DNA from: a virus
DNA length: 44,734 bases
Virus record (IMG/VR): IMGVR_UViG_3300048636_000162
Reading direction: 5' to 3' (one strand)
Below the pieces are notes generated by a model. That model worked only from the letters and a program-made list of their open reading frames with translations. It was not told the DNA's origin and did no database searches. Shown here one piece after another: positions 15,250 to 25,500 of the stretch; the stretch's first letter is position 1; each line of letters opens with the position of its first letter. Both the position numbers and the translations under genes were made by a program.

Positions 15250-17262
15250 ATGCCCACGTACAAGCCGGTCGGCGTTGACGAGAACAGCCTCTTTCCTCCG
15301 CGCGTACAGAGTCAACTAAGCGCCACGTTTGTGGCTTCTGACTCCGTCTATCTGAGTCGGTACGTGTCCGCGGACAACACCAATGCAGAGAACCGGGTCG
15401 GCTACCTTGCCGCAATCGCCGACGCCGAGGCGGGCGGCAAGCGCCTCTGCTACGACGGGGCGTTCTTCACCTTCGAGGGCGAGGAGGTGTCGTCTACCGC
15501 AACGGACATGGTGCATTGGGCGAGCGGTTGGGATACGCACCTCGTCACGAACGTCACCCGCGGGCGCGGCGTGCTCGTGCTCGCGGGTGCCCGGTCTGTG
15601 GCATCGGGCCTGCATGTGGACGGGGCGAACCCTGACCTCAGCCTTTCGGGCGTGACGGTCGGCGGGGCAGGACAGTTCCGCTACAGCGTCGGCGTCCGCG
15701 TCGCCCCCACGGCTCACGAGAGCACCCTCCGCAACATCCGGGCGGGTGGTTTCATGTGCGCGACGGTCATCTCGTCCGCCACGCCCGAGATTCTTGTCGG
15801 TGGCGGCGCGATTACCGAGCAGATTCGAGACTGCAAGGTCGAGGGCGTCTACAGCGATGGGTGCTGGTCCGCGCTGCAATACTTCGCCCCGGATGGTCTC
15901 ACGGTCACCGGCCTTCAAGGGTGGTATCAGGACACGGACGGGAGCGGCGGCGAGGGGCATATCGTCTACGGCAGTGGCTACACGTCCGGGGGGACGACGT
16001 GGTACGCCGAGCGCGTGTCCATCGACAACTGCGACACGGACGGCGGCGTGGCCCGCGGCGCGACCGATTTCGCTGGACCCTACAAGATCAGCAGGCACCG
16101 CAACCTCTCGATGTCGAACCTCCGCGCCCGTAATTGTCCCGGCCTGATCAGCGTCGAGTACACCTCCGATTTCACCATCGGATATGGCGTCGAGGGCTGG
16201 GCGGACATCGGCGTCGGGACCGCCCCTCTGATCCAGTTCTTCGAATGCTCCAACGGCAGGGTCGCACCGATTCGCGTGGAAAGCTCCGCGCAACTTGGTG
16301 CAGGCCAGACGATCATGGTGATCGCGAGATGCACGAACGTGGACTTCGACCGCCCGATCATTGGTGTCAACCCCGCCGCAACAGCAACGGCCACAGGTAT
16401 CTCCGTGAGCGGGTCGTGTGCTGGTACGCGGCTGATCAGGCCGCGCATCGTCAATAGCGGGGCGGGCATATCCACTGGAGTTCTGGTCCTGAATTTCAGT
16501 GGCGATGTTGGCGTGTCGTCCGACATTGTGATCGAAGAGCCCCAGATCGAGGGCGCGGTCACGGTGGGGGTGAGGTTCGCGCTGAAGGGCGTTCGTCTGA
16601 TCTTCGATGCCGCCAAGGTCGGAGCAACGACCAAGTTGACGATCGACAGCGGGGTGACTCCCTTCACGGTAGAGAACACGCGAGCGCCCGGGACTCCCTA
16701 CCGTCAGCCTCGTGTGGTCGGCTGGCACAACGGGGAGATGGCGGCACCGAGCGCTCCCCGCGTGCGAACGTGGCCCTCCGGTCAGCAAAACGCCTACATC
16801 TTCGGGAACCAGTGGACGGGTGATCAGAACGGGCGCATCACCGAGCCGGAGAGCGGCGGCCGGCGCATGTTCGCCTCGGCGTTCACCGCCGACATCGACA
16901 TCTCCGTTGACGTGCGCCTGTCTACCGCCACGCGTGCGGGCATCTGCCTGCGAGCGTCGGGCGACTCCACCTACCTGGCAGTGTCGCGAGCGAATGGCGC
17001 CGTAAAGATCCACAAGCTCGCTGCGGGAACGCTCACCGAGCTGGCGACGGCGGCGACTTCGGTCCCCAATGGTGCTTTCGCGAACCTCCGGGCGATCGTT
17101 GTCGGTAGCGTCATCACGGTCATACTCAATGGCGTGGTTGTTCTGTCCCACACGCTCACAGGGGGCGATGAGACAGCGTACGTCGCCGTAAACCATGGGC
17201 TCTATGGTGACACGGCCGCTGCCGCTGCATGGGAGAACGTCATCGTGCGCACGGTAAGCTAG
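15250..17262 (+). CDS. Tailspike/tail fibre: right-handed beta-helix (pectate-lyase-like) region plus a C-terminal lectin/LamG-like domain
   Basis: 670 aa. The middle is repetitive and Gly/Val/Ser-rich, typical of beta-helix spikes. The C-terminus ...ICLRASGDSTYLAVSRANGAVKIHKL...VILNGVVVLSHTL... looks like a concanavalin-type jelly roll (from memory). Confidence 0.6.
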   Translation: MPTYKPVGVDENSLFPPRVQSQLSATFVASDSVYLSRYVSADNTNAENRVGYLAAIADAEAGGKRLCYDGAFFTFEGEEVSSTATDMVHWASGWDTHLVTNVTRGRGVLVLAGARSVASGLHVDGANPDLSLSGVTVGGAGQFRYSVGVRVAPTAHESTLRNIRAGGFMCATVISSATPEILVGGGAITEQIRDCKVEGVYSDGCWSALQYFAPDGLTVTGLQGWYQDTDGSGGEGHIVYGSGYTSGGTTWYAERVSIDNCDTDGGVARGATDFAGPYKISRHRNLSMSNLRARNCPGLISVEYTSDFTIGYGVEGWADIGVGTAPLIQFFECSNGRVAPIRVESSAQLGAGQTIMVIARCTNVDFDRPIIGVNPAATATATGISVSGSCAGTRLIRPRIVNSGAGISTGVLVLNFSGDVGVSSDIVIEEPQIEGAVTVGVRFALKGVRLIFDAAKVGATTKLTIDSGVTPFTVENTRAPGTPYRQPRVVGWHNGEMAAPSAPRVRTWPSGQQNAYIFGNQWTGDQNGRITEPESGGRRMFASAFTADIDISVDVRLSTATRAGICLRASGDSTYLAVSRANGAVKIHKLAAGTLTELATAATSVPNGAFANLRAIVVGSVITVILNGVVVLSHTLTGGDETAYVAVNHGLYGDTAAAAAWENVIVRTVS

Positions 17263-17338
17263 CCCAACCCCTAAGACCCCGTAAGCAACTCCGAGTGTTC
17301 GCAGCAACGATTTAGCCCTGGGGAGAAAGGTGCTCAGC

Positions 17339-17488
17339 ATGAGAGTCTTCATCGCTTTACACGAGGAGCGGTACCCGCTTGCAGTCTTCTCGACCAGAGA
17401 GGCAGCCGAGCGCTGGGTTACACGGCGGGAGCAAGGCGCATACATGTTCTCGATTGAGGAAGAAGTTCTAGACCAGCCTCGCGCTTAG
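17339..17488 (+). CDS. Small hypothetical ORF (49 aa), below the ORF-track cutoff
   Basis: ggggagaaagg SD precedes ATG 17339 (MRVFIALHEERYPLAVFSTREAAERWV...). It is flanked by two TAAGCAACTCC copies. Confidence 0.35.
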   Translation: MRVFIALHEERYPLAVFSTREAAERWVTRREQGAYMFSIEEEVLDQPRA

Positions 17489-17551
17489 TTCGCCTAAGCA
17501 ACTCCTATAGTTGAACTCGATTCGGGCTTCACGTAACGGTAGGATGCCGGT

Positions 17552-18016
17552 ATGGAAGCCTTCGGACTCACCTCACCTCAGACCTACTCTTCAGCGCTCG
17601 GCGAGTTCGTCTCTCAAGACCACGTACACATCGCTCGTGTGCTTCACGACTACAACCGGTTCCTCGAACTCGTCTACATCCCTAAGGAGAAACGGGACGC
17701 GACAGATGTGAAGCCCTTCGCCATTCGAGATACCTCGCCAGGCAAGCCGCCGCATATTGTGCGGTTCCTGTCCGAGCAGGAGATGAAGAACCCGCAGGAT
17801 ATCCTTCAGTGGGTCTTCGAGGGGGATCTCAACAAGCACCGTCCTGGTGACGTGATGAACCGCATCATGGCTGAAGAAGCCGCACGCAATACCATCGAAG
17901 AGCTTCGCAAGGCGGAGGAAGCGATGGATCGGCAGGATAAGCTGGCCTTCCTCGTGAGTGGCGGACGTGATCGCAAGAGCTATGTGCGGCACAATGGGAA
18001 GACGTTCAGCCGCTAA
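17552..18016 (+). CDS. Hypothetical virion-module protein (154 aa)
   Basis: Track ORF. The call rests on position in the structural arm. Confidence 0.6.
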   Translation: MEAFGLTSPQTYSSALGEFVSQDHVHIARVLHDYNRFLELVYIPKEKRDATDVKPFAIRDTSPGKPPHIVRFLSEQEMKNPQDILQWVFEGDLNKHRPGDVMNRIMAEEAARNTIEELRKAEEAMDRQDKLAFLVSGGRDRKSYVRHNGKTFSR

Positions 18017-18025
18017 GGGGTCAGC

Positions 18026-18673
18026 ATGGTCTACAACGCCCGCACACGCACGCTCAACGACGTGTACCGCGCCGTCAAGCGCGTCTTCGGCGACGAGTCG
18101 GCTGTCGTCCTGGAGGACGAGGATCTTCGTACCTGGACCAACCAGGGCCAGCAGTACATCTCCAGCGAGATCAAGAGCCTGAAGGCCCGGTCGACGGCCA
18201 TCACCCAGGCGGACGTAGAGGTCTACAGCTTCCCGGACATGCAGATCCGGCAGATTGAGGCCGTGCACCTAGACGGACGGCTGATCCGCAACCTCCCCTT
18301 CCAGGAGGCAGAGCGCACCATTCTCGCCACGGACCCTCGACGCGAAGACAAGGGCGAGCCTGAGTTCTGGTACATGTGGGACGACGAACTCTTCTTCTAC
18401 CCGGTCCCTGAAGAAGGCCACGTCCTCGAACTCTTCTACACCCGCTACCCTCGTGAACTCACCTCGGCGGACGAAACGCTCGACGTGCCGGACAAGCAGT
18501 TCGACACCCTCGTCAACTACGTCCTGAAGAAGGCGTACGAGATGAGCGAGGACATGCCCGCTGCACAGTACAAGCAGGGGGAGATCCAGGACGCACTCAT
18601 GAAGCAGTCTGAAGAGGAGTATCAGGCTCAACACATGAGCTTCCCCACGATTCGGGAAGTGCCCCTTGGCTAA
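18026..18673 (+). CDS. Putative head-tail adaptor / tail tubular A-like protein (215 aa)
   Basis: The call rests on size and position upstream of a roughly 500-aa tail protein, with synteny to T7-like gp11/gp12. Functional confidence is low. Confidence 0.4.
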   Translation: MVYNARTRTLNDVYRAVKRVFGDESAVVLEDEDLRTWTNQGQQYISSEIKSLKARSTAITQADVEVYSFPDMQIRQIEAVHLDGRLIRNLPFQEAERTILATDPRREDKGEPEFWYMWDDELFFYPVPEEGHVLELFYTRYPRELTSADETLDVPDKQFDTLVNYVLKKAYEMSEDMPAAQYKQGEIQDALMKQSEEEYQAQHMSFPTIREVPLG

Positions 18674-20213
18674 GGAGACCAAGCCCCTCGTCATCGGACC
18701 CTTTAGTGGGGGGCTGAACACCCGGTCGGACATCAGCGCCGTCAAGGACGATGAGTGCGTAGAGGCCCTGAACTTCGATGTCGATCTCGACGGCTCGCTG
18801 AAGTCCCGTCCGCCGTTCCAAGACCTTGAGACCCCGCTCTCCCTGGGGACCACAGGGCATCCGAAGCTCCTCGGTTACTACTACGACACGTCGGGCTGGT
18901 ATCTCCTCGCCAGTGATGGCCTCTCCAGCACGTATTCCTACACGTCGGGCGGCGGCTGGTCGCTCATCACGGACACGTTCGCTGCGACAGCCATGGTGCA
19001 GTTCGACGACAAGGCATGGCTCCTCGCTGATCCCTCAGAAACGGACCCTGGCGGGAACTGGACGCCCGGAGGTGGCTTTACAGCGGACAGCGACATGCCG
19101 AAGGGCACGACGATCACCGCGCACAAGTACCGCCTGTGGGTCAGCCCCGGTAAGGGCAATACGGACGGCGGTCGCGTCTACTACTCCAAAGTGCTTGGGC
19201 AGGCCGACTTCTGGGACAGCCCCGGCTTCCAGGAGATCGGAACTGGGGACGGGCAGGATGTCGTCTACCTCACGACGTACTACAACAACCTCCTGATCTT
19301 TCGCACCATGTCGATCTACGGCTGGCAGTTCACGAACGACCCTGGGGCCGGTGAGATCGGTGTTGTCGTTCCCGGCGTCGGCATGGCGAATTCGGATTGC
19401 GCTGTGGCGTTCGAGAACACCATCTACTTCATGTACGACGACCGGGCGTACGGATTCATCAACAACCGTGCGTACCAGATCAATGAGCAGGTGCCTTTCA
19501 CCTTCACTTCGCCGCTGACTTCTCAGGAGTTCTCGGTGGGGCAGTTCAACAAGCGCATCTTGTTCACGTACTACGACACCACGTACGTCTACAGCCTCTA
19601 CACAAAGACGTGGACCCGCTGGCGTTCCCAGACGCACGGGGCCGTCGCTCAGTTCATGTCCCCCTCGGCAGGGGATACCGACGACATCGCCTACGCCATT
19701 TCGGCAGAGATTGTCGCGGATGGTGCAGACCGTGAGGTGGGTCTGTTCCGCATCGAGGATCGTGTGACGAATGCCGCTGAGAACTTCCAGTGCGTCCTCC
19801 AGACCAAGAACTTCAACTACCAGTTGGCGTCCAACTACAAGCGCCTGTTCTGGTGGGGCATCGACGCGATTTTCAACGACGCCATCGTGGGACAGGCAAT
19901 CCCAGTGGCAACGGCGCGAGGCATCACCTGGGGCCAGATCCTCAGCAATGGCATCACCTGGGCGGCCCTTCGGCAGGGGACGTGGGGATCACCGTACGTC
20001 AGCGACACATTGGTACAGACGACGAACTACGACGCCTCGGGCCTCAGCAACAGCCGGAAGTTCGCCAAGTTCAAGAAGTCGCTGTGGTTCCGGCAGATAT
20101 ACTTCCGCGTCACCTTCGACACGACAGGTGCCATCGGTTCCGCTCCCGTGCAACTGTTCTCGATCTCGGCATACGTCACGGCAAAGCAGACGCTATCCAA
20201 GGCGATCAACTGA
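18666..20213 (+). CDS. Putative tail (nozzle / tubular B-like) protein (515 aa)
   Basis: The TTG start overlaps the upstream stop. The sequence is Trp/Tyr/Gly-rich and beta-rich. The call rests on synteny only. Confidence 0.4.
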   Translation: MAKETKPLVIGPFSGGLNTRSDISAVKDDECVEALNFDVDLDGSLKSRPPFQDLETPLSLGTTGHPKLLGYYYDTSGWYLLASDGLSSTYSYTSGGGWSLITDTFAATAMVQFDDKAWLLADPSETDPGGNWTPGGGFTADSDMPKGTTITAHKYRLWVSPGKGNTDGGRVYYSKVLGQADFWDSPGFQEIGTGDGQDVVYLTTYYNNLLIFRTMSIYGWQFTNDPGAGEIGVVVPGVGMANSDCAVAFENTIYFMYDDRAYGFINNRAYQINEQVPFTFTSPLTSQEFSVGQFNKRILFTYYDTTYVYSLYTKTWTRWRSQTHGAVAQFMSPSAGDTDDIAYAISAEIVADGADREVGLFRIEDRVTNAAENFQCVLQTKNFNYQLASNYKRLFWWGIDAIFNDAIVGQAIPVATARGITWGQILSNGITWAALRQGTWGSPYVSDTLVQTTNYDASGLSNSRKFAKFKKSLWFRQIYFRVTFDTTGAIGSAPVQLFSISAYVTAKQTLSKAIN

Positions 20214-20226
20214 TAGAATCCGGGCC

Positions 20227-20523
20227 ATGGCTAACCTTCAACCGCGCGTGAACATCCCGCCCAACCCGGTGACGGGCGGTCTTCGCGCACCTGGAGGCCC
20301 TTCAGCCCCCCGTCAGTTCAACCCCGTGCAGGGCCTCTTCGGCTCGCTTCAGGGCGGTGGAGGCTTCAACAACCTGGCAGCGGGGAACAAGACGTACGGG
20401 ATGGGCCGCTCGGCCCCGAACGTAGGCCGGACGCAGGACAAGACCGGCTACAACCAGCGTGAGGTTCGGAACGCCGCACGCCGGGACGCACTTCTCTCAC
20501 GAGCACAGCAGTACGGAGGCTGA
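20227..20523 (+). CDS. Small Gly-rich virion-module protein (98 aa)
   Basis: ATG 20227 lies within the long track ORF 19771-20523. The upstream part of that ORF overlaps the tail gene and is discounted. Confidence 0.5.
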   Translation: MANLQPRVNIPPNPVTGGLRAPGGPSAPRQFNPVQGLFGSLQGGGGFNNLAAGNKTYGMGRSAPNVGRTQDKTGYNQREVRNAARRDALLSRAQQYGG

Positions 20524-20524
20524 G

Positions 20525-21304
20525 ATGGCTACGGGAGCAATGTCTTTTGACGGCGGCAGGAGTGGCAGCTCTTCTCGCCGCAAGAACAAAGGTGTCATCA
20601 AGTCGACCGTTCGCGGCGCAGGCGTGAAGGCACCGCAGCGCACCTCGACGCCCGTGTCAGGCGGGCCTCGCGGGCTTCGACCGACCTTCTCGTCCACCTC
20701 CTCGCCGACGCCCGTTCGACAGGCTTCCTCGAACACAGGTGGCGGCAGTTACAGCGGCGGAGGGTCGTACAGCGGAGGTGGAGGTGGCGGCTCCTACGGC
20801 GGAGGCAGTGTCGCTCCGATGATGGCCGCTCCTGAGCCAGTGATGAGCGAGACCGACTGGCTCGGGCAGGACTCGGTGTTCCAGGCGGCTCAGGCGGCTT
20901 ACAAGAACGCCTTCGACCTCCTCGCGTCGGACATCACTTCCCGTCGTGACACCTACAACGTCGACTACGACAACTCGCTCCGTGACCTCGGCTGGAACAC
21001 TCAGGCGTCGCCGAACGACTGGAACTGGGAAGACACGCTCACTGCGTCGGGACGTGCTCATAACAACCAACTCAACGACTTCGCCAGCCGAGGGATGCTC
21101 CAGGGGTCGGCGTACGCTGACGCCCTGGAGAACCTGATTCGGTCGCTCAACCAGCAGCGTGACACGATGGGTACAGCCCGCGACACTTTCCTCGGCGGGC
21201 TGGAGCGAGAGCGGGCCGCAGGTCAGAAGACTCGGGACGACAACATTCGTCAGGCTGAGGTAGCCGCTCTGGAGCGCTACCGCAACCAGTACACCGCGAT
21301 CTAG
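20525..21304 (+). CDS. Putative internal virion protein with a GGGSYSGGGSYSGGGGGGSYGGGS low-complexity tract (259 aa)
   Basis: acggagg SD precedes ATG 20525. The call rests on position. Confidence 0.5.
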   Translation: MATGAMSFDGGRSGSSSRRKNKGVIKSTVRGAGVKAPQRTSTPVSGGPRGLRPTFSSTSSPTPVRQASSNTGGGSYSGGGSYSGGGGGGSYGGGSVAPMMAAPEPVMSETDWLGQDSVFQAAQAAYKNAFDLLASDITSRRDTYNVDYDNSLRDLGWNTQASPNDWNWEDTLTASGRAHNNQLNDFASRGMLQGSAYADALENLIRSLNQQRDTMGTARDTFLGGLERERAAGQKTRDDNIRQAEVAALERYRNQYTAI

Positions 21305-21312
21305 GAGCAGAC

Positions 21313-22518
21313 ATGGCATCGGACAACCGCCTCGTCCCCCGCATCGTCAAGACAGGTCGCGGCAATGACGACTTGGAGCAGAACCCTATCGAGTCATTCC
21401 TTCAGGGCGTAAGCAAGTCGTCTTTCGCGTCCCCGTTTGCTCTTGCCGGTGCGGGAGCCAACTCGATTGGCCGCGCGGTCGGGGGCCTTTTCAACAGGGG
21501 TCTCGATACCTCAGGTGCTAGAGAGCGTTCTCAGCCTGCTAGTAACCCCAACGCCATTCGTGGTCGGGGGATGAAGGCGACTCCGTTCACCGCTTCGCAG
21601 GCTCCGCAGCAGGAGCAGCCCTCCATCGCGGACATCCTCGGCAACTACCTCTCGCAGGCGCAGGGCCTTACCCCTGGTGCCGCTGGAGGCGGCGTTCCGT
21701 ATCAGGACTTCAGCCCCGTGCGCGACGACGTGAACCGTACAGCGACGCAGAACAGGGCTTACCTGGAGTCGATCTACGACCAGCTTGGCCGATCCATCGA
21801 TGCGTCGAACCAGACCATCGAAGATCGCTACAGCCAGACCGGCGAGAACCTTCAGCAGATCACCGACACGGCAGCGGACGAGACGCAGGCCGCATATCAG
21901 GCCGCTCAAGATGAGCGAAACCGCCAGCTTGCCGCCCTCGGCATCGAGGACGCCCAGGCGCGCACAATTGCTCAGGGCCGCGACGCCGAAGGGCAGGGCG
22001 CTCAGTCCCAGGCAGATATTCAGAGCCGGGGCCAGATCGCTCAGACGGCCAACACGCAGAACCAGCAGGCCGACCAGACGTACAACCAGCGCATCGGGCA
22101 GGCGGCACGGTTCGCGGGCGGTGAGGCACAGCAGGCGCTCAGCGACAGTCTGGCCTCTCGGATGGCTGAGATTGCGATGGCAGAGTCGGAGAACCGAGCC
22201 TCGGTTGACGCCCAGAACGCCGCCCTTGCTCAGCAGTCGGCGGGAACGCAGTGGGGCCAGCAGATGAACATCCTGGACCTCCTCATGGGTCTGGAGCAGC
22301 AGGAGTACGACCGCTCCCGTGAGGCGGCAGAGTTCGCCGCGCAGAATAGCCCGCAGGCTACGCCGAACTTCGCTCAGGAGTACCTGAACGATCTGACCGG
22401 CTACGGCGGTCTTCTGACCGGACTCCAGCAGAACAACCCGGAGCTGGCCCAGATCCTCCAGGACCAGGGCGTAGACCCGTATTTCTCATACCTGAACCAG
22501 CGGCGTCGCTTCGGCTAA
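21313..22518 (+). CDS. Putative internal virion protein, Gln/Ala-rich (401 aa)
   Basis: aggagc SD precedes ATG 21313. The call rests on composition and position. Confidence 0.5.
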   Translation: MASDNRLVPRIVKTGRGNDDLEQNPIESFLQGVSKSSFASPFALAGAGANSIGRAVGGLFNRGLDTSGARERSQPASNPNAIRGRGMKATPFTASQAPQQEQPSIADILGNYLSQAQGLTPGAAGGGVPYQDFSPVRDDVNRTATQNRAYLESIYDQLGRSIDASNQTIEDRYSQTGENLQQITDTAADETQAAYQAAQDERNRQLAALGIEDAQARTIAQGRDAEGQGAQSQADIQSRGQIAQTANTQNQQADQTYNQRIGQAARFAGGEAQQALSDSLASRMAEIAMAESENRASVDAQNAALAQQSAGTQWGQQMNILDLLMGLEQQEYDRSREAAEFAAQNSPQATPNFAQEYLNDLTGYGGLLTGLQQNNPELAQILQDQGVDPYFSYLNQRRRFG

Positions 22519-22527
22519 ACTCTCGGT

Positions 22528-25500
22528 ATGGCGACATTCGAGGACTACCTGAACCGGCTTCCCAGCGGGCCTCAGGCTACCCCGTCGTCTTCGCGAGGGC
22601 TTGATTTCTCGGGAGCCGCCAACCTGCCCACAGGGACACCCCTTCTCGGCAAGAACGAGATGACGGGCGAGCAGTCGCCCCTGAACTGGTTCATCGACAT
22701 CCTCTCACGGCCCCTCTACGGCACGACGAACTACGCCAAGGGAGTCATTGACGACACGACTCGGGCGGTACAGCGCGCATCGGGCGGGGACTACCTGGGC
22801 GCACTCGGCGAGGTCATCAAGCCGATCAACACACGGTTCATCGAGGGCGTCTTCTCCAACGACCCCGAGGCGAAGAACACGACCAGCGACCTCATCGAGT
22901 ACGGAACCGACGAAGTTGGTCGCCTCCGGGACAACAACTATGTCGACCGGGAGAACAACGTCAACCCCGTCCTGAAGGGCGTGGCCGGGTTTGCAGGAGA
23001 CGTGGCCCTGGACCCCCTGACGTGGATTCCGGGCGGCATCATCGCCAAGGGCGTGAAGGGCGCGGTCAAGGGCGGCGCAGAGGTCGCTCAGAAGGCAGCG
23101 GAAGCGGCAGGAAAGGTCCGCACCGGGACGAAGGCGGCTGAAGCCGCTGACGACGTTGTGCGGACGACGGATAGCGCCATTGATGCCACCGCCAAGACTC
23201 CCGAGCAGGCTGTCGCACACGCCCGAGTCAACCGGAACATGGACGTGCCGAACACGACGGGCCAGACGGCGAAAGCGGGCACTCTCGTCGACACGCTGGA
23301 CGAAGGAGTTCCTGCCCCGGCGCAGGTGTCCATTGTGGATGCGCTTCAGCGCGCAGAGGGCGTAAATGAAGCCCCTGCCGTACAGGGCGCTGATCTTCCG
23401 GCAGGGGCTGTGCCCGAGACTCGTGCTCAGACGGTGCCAGCCCGTGAGGATTTGACTGGCTCAGCCAAAGTAGCAGAGTCCGCAGACGAGATTGCCGAGA
23501 AGCGTCCTGAGACTGTCATTGATCTCGTCAAGGAGATCAGCAAGAAAGCCCCAACTCTCGGACCCAAGAGCACTTTCCAGACGGTCGAAGAGGCCATTGT
23601 CGCCGCCCCGGAGTCGTCCCGCCTCTCGACGTTCCTGGACCAGCTTGCTGTAGACGCCAAGACGAAGCAGGTACGTGTCGACGGCATGGGCCGAGGTGAG
23701 GCCCTTCCGGTCGCCGACATCCTCACTGCGTTCCAGGCCCGGAAGGCGGCAGATCGGGAGTTCACGGACTTCGCCCTCGGCAAGCCCCTCGTCGACTACC
23801 TCTCCCGCGTCACGACCCCGAAGCAGTTTGAGAAAGTCGTGGACGACCTGAAGCGTGCCCTTCGAGCAGATGAGGCGTCGTTTGCGGGCACCTACAATGC
23901 GGCCTCCGATCCGTCCGTCCTGGACGCCATGCTGGAGTCTCTGAAGATCCCTGTCCGCTCGGCAGATGCAGGCACACCTCAAAAGGTCGAAGAGGTGCTT
24001 GCAGCAGGAGAGAGCACCCTCTCGTCCGAAAAGAAGATCCTCCAAGAGTGGGCGCGCGCCGAACTGGTCGACATGGCCGAGAACGCTCCTTACCGCACGG
24101 CGACGGGAGTGGCCCGAACCGCCCAGGAGATCGGCGTCGGCACCGGAAAGCGGCTTCGGGAACTGAACACCTTCTCGAACTTCGGCCTCTTCAAGACGAT
24201 CTGGAACGGCTACATCAAGAAGGGCGGTCGTCACTACGACGAGTACGCCGCCTGGGTCCGGGAGCGCGGTCTGGACCCGAAGAAGCTCTACGGCAAGCGT
24301 CGGTCGGAGACCGTTCGCGACTTTGTGCTGGAGCGCTACCAGAACATCGACTCGATGATGGACGATCTCGGCATTCGCGTCACCCTGAATCTCGGTTCGG
24401 ACGCCGCGACAGCGATGGGCATTCGACAGGAGCCGATCTACCTCTCCTACGGAGACGTGCTGTCGATCCTCCAGAAGCACGACAATGGCTCTCTCCAGTA
24501 CGCACTGTGGAACGCAGGGAGCGCGGCGGCTCCGACGAACGTCATGTTGGCCGTTTCGCAGCGTATCAGCGGAGCGGAGCGTGAAGCCCTGTTGGAGACC
24601 CTGGGAACGGACAAGAAGTTCGGCACGAAGGGCTGGCTGGAGACCGAGGACGCCACACTCCCGAACAACCTCGGCAAGAAGACGGTTCGCGGCTATCACC
24701 ACCCGAAGACGGGCTGGCAGGAAATGGACGGTGCGAAGCTTCGAGGCCAGTTCGCCGATGTGATCGAGGCCGCTTCGGATGACCTCGTTCGGGCCAGCAA
24801 CTACAACGCCGCCGCCTACCGTGCTCGCGTCGGCAAGGAGACCTACGAACTCTCGACCGAACAGCTTCAGAAGATCGAGGAGTTCATCGCCAACCCGGCC
24901 ACTCTCGATGACGGGCTTCGTGCCGTTGCCAAGACGCCCGAGCAGATCGCAGACGTGGCGGACGGCAAGCTCCAGGACTCGGTGAACGCGGCAACTATCG
25001 TGACGGAGGCTTCGGTCGGCAAGCCGGTTTCCCAGACGGCCAAGCGCATCGTCAAGCAGGACGGATCAGTCCAGAATGCGGCCACTGCCACGAAGGCGCA
25101 GAAGGCCGTGGATGACGCGACGGACGGTGTGGCGAAGGACATCGACGACGAGCTCGAAGACCTCCTGAGCAACGCCCCGCACGAGGCCCGGATGGGGGGC
25201 ATCGAGGCGAGCTGGCAGGCGCAGCGGCTCGACCTCTCCAGCACCTACACCTTCCCGACAATGCAAGAGGGCGTTCTGCGCTTCCTGGACCCGGCAGGCA
25301 AGTTCCGGCAGACCTTCGTGCAGGGTCACGGAATGGAGCGCCTGAACGGTCTTCGACAAGCGACTCAGAACATCGGTGGTCGTTTCGTCCAGGAACAGCA
25401 GCGGGATCTCAACAAGATCGCCCGCCAGTTCGGTGCGCGTACCTCGGACCAGATCGTTGAGAGCCCGATTCCCCAGGCATTCCGGGACCTCCAGCGCGGC

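Noticed and set aside
15316-17445. A 709-aa ORF antisense to the tailspike gene; it is the second longest ORF in the window.
   Set aside because: The product is Arg/Gly/Ala/Pro-rich and of low complexity, typical of shadow ORFs in high-GC DNA. The sense-strand ORF has the SD, operon context and a plausible protein sequence.
17511-17545. TTGAAC ... TAGGAT upstream of gene 17552 as a late promoter.
   Set aside because: The spacer is 23 nt, which is too long for a sigma70-type promoter.
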